From Malacoraja senta (lineage: Eukaryota): 64,000 nt of DNA. The translations under genes were made by a program, and so were the position numbers. Under the pieces are notes generated by a model. That model was not told the origin of the DNA. It did not search any database and saw nothing but the letters and a program-made list of their open reading frames with translations. The stretch covers positions 19,096,001 to 19,160,000 of the forward strand of contig CM075987.1 in the NCBI GenBank assembly GCA_038087875.1, in the 5' to 3' direction. Shown here one piece after another: positions 63,071-64,000 of this stretch; position 1 is the first letter of the stretch, and each line of letters begins with the position of its first letter.

Positions 63071-64000
63071 TATTGCATTGAGTTGGTCCTGGTGTTCAGT
63101 CCAGTAGGTATTACTAAAAATATATGTAATCTAATCATTGTTAGAGTGAGCTGTGTTCCTATTTGCTTCCAGTTTCATGTATTGCAGTATTGAACTCCTC
63201 TTCGAAGGTATTTTATTGGCTGTAGAGTTTTTTTAATTCATCTTGAAAAAGAACAGAAGTTGGTACAAATTATAGCTTTTCTTTTATCCTGACAAATATA
63301 ATAATTTTCTCCATCTCTATGCAGAGATTTAGAATTGCAGATGTGAATCGAATGTGAAAGGTTGAGTCTTTTCACCCAGACTTCTTTTACCAGAACTAAA
63401 ACATCAGTGAAATGGTTCAGGATGCCTCTTAATCTCTTATTTTTCATAAGGAAAATTTTATTCTCCAGTGTCTATTTAAAGTTGTAATTGGGAGGTCACC
63501 AGGCGATTGCGTGGTTGAAGATCCTTCAGGGTCAAATAAAACATGACAATTATGAAATATTAAAGTGGATTTTCAAACTTATATTTCAGACGAGAATACT
63601 TTTGATCATTCTGCCTTGGTGCCCTGGGAAGTCTTCCTAAAATGCTCCAACTCCTTTTAACTTGCATGTTTGAAGTTTTTGGTCATCTATTCTAATGTCT
63701 AGTAATTTGGCTAGTTGACGATTGTTTCTGACAATTTCTGGTTTTTATTTTGAAATTATTTTGTTACGGACGCTCCACTAAATCCAAGCAGTTGTGTGGT
63801 AGTAATGATGCTAGTCACGAAATGGACTTCAGAGCTTTCAATGAGTTTGAGTGAGTGTAGAAGATGTGAAGGCCAGGAGAGCATTGGATTGAGTAAATCT
63901 GGAAAGAAAAGCTTGTAAAGGAGTGTCTGTTCTGAGGCAGGACTGGAGATGGGTCGTGTTTTTTGTGGTGGAAACGGATGGTCTTGGTCATAGGACGTTT

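Noticed and set aside
1-64000. Naming the host gene or species
   Set aside because: No candidate exon encodes a peptide I can recognise; taxon is inferred only from repeat content

Overview
Eukaryotic, repeat-rich vertebrate DNA, very probably from a cartilaginous fish (skate/ray-like). This is inferred from HE1/V-SINE copies, abundant CR1 3' ends, Deu-domain SINE remnants and a very abundant short Penelope-derived repeat. No intact host protein-coding gene can be named. A CpG-rich patch with a splice donor near 1.1-1.4 kb and a few isolated exon-like segments suggest that most of the window is intronic sequence of one large gene on the + strand. The best supported features are transposons: a complete decayed Gypsy LTR element with TSD, PBS and PPT (50821-55275), a complete IR/DR Tc1 element (20477-22166), a compound non-autonomous Helitron (10047-11348), a hAT transposase remnant, two MITEs, and L2, Rex1, Crack and CR1 LINE fragments. 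Two observations stand out. (1) A family of short Penelope-derived elements carries a minimal hammerhead-ribozyme core, inserts with TSDs or as palindromes, and in one case contains copies of its own target site. (2) A 0.9 kb fold-back element holds two inward-facing copies of a THAP-domain exon, an architecture resembling Mu killer. Family names come from recognising motifs by eye; no search was run, and boundaries of old repeats are approximate.
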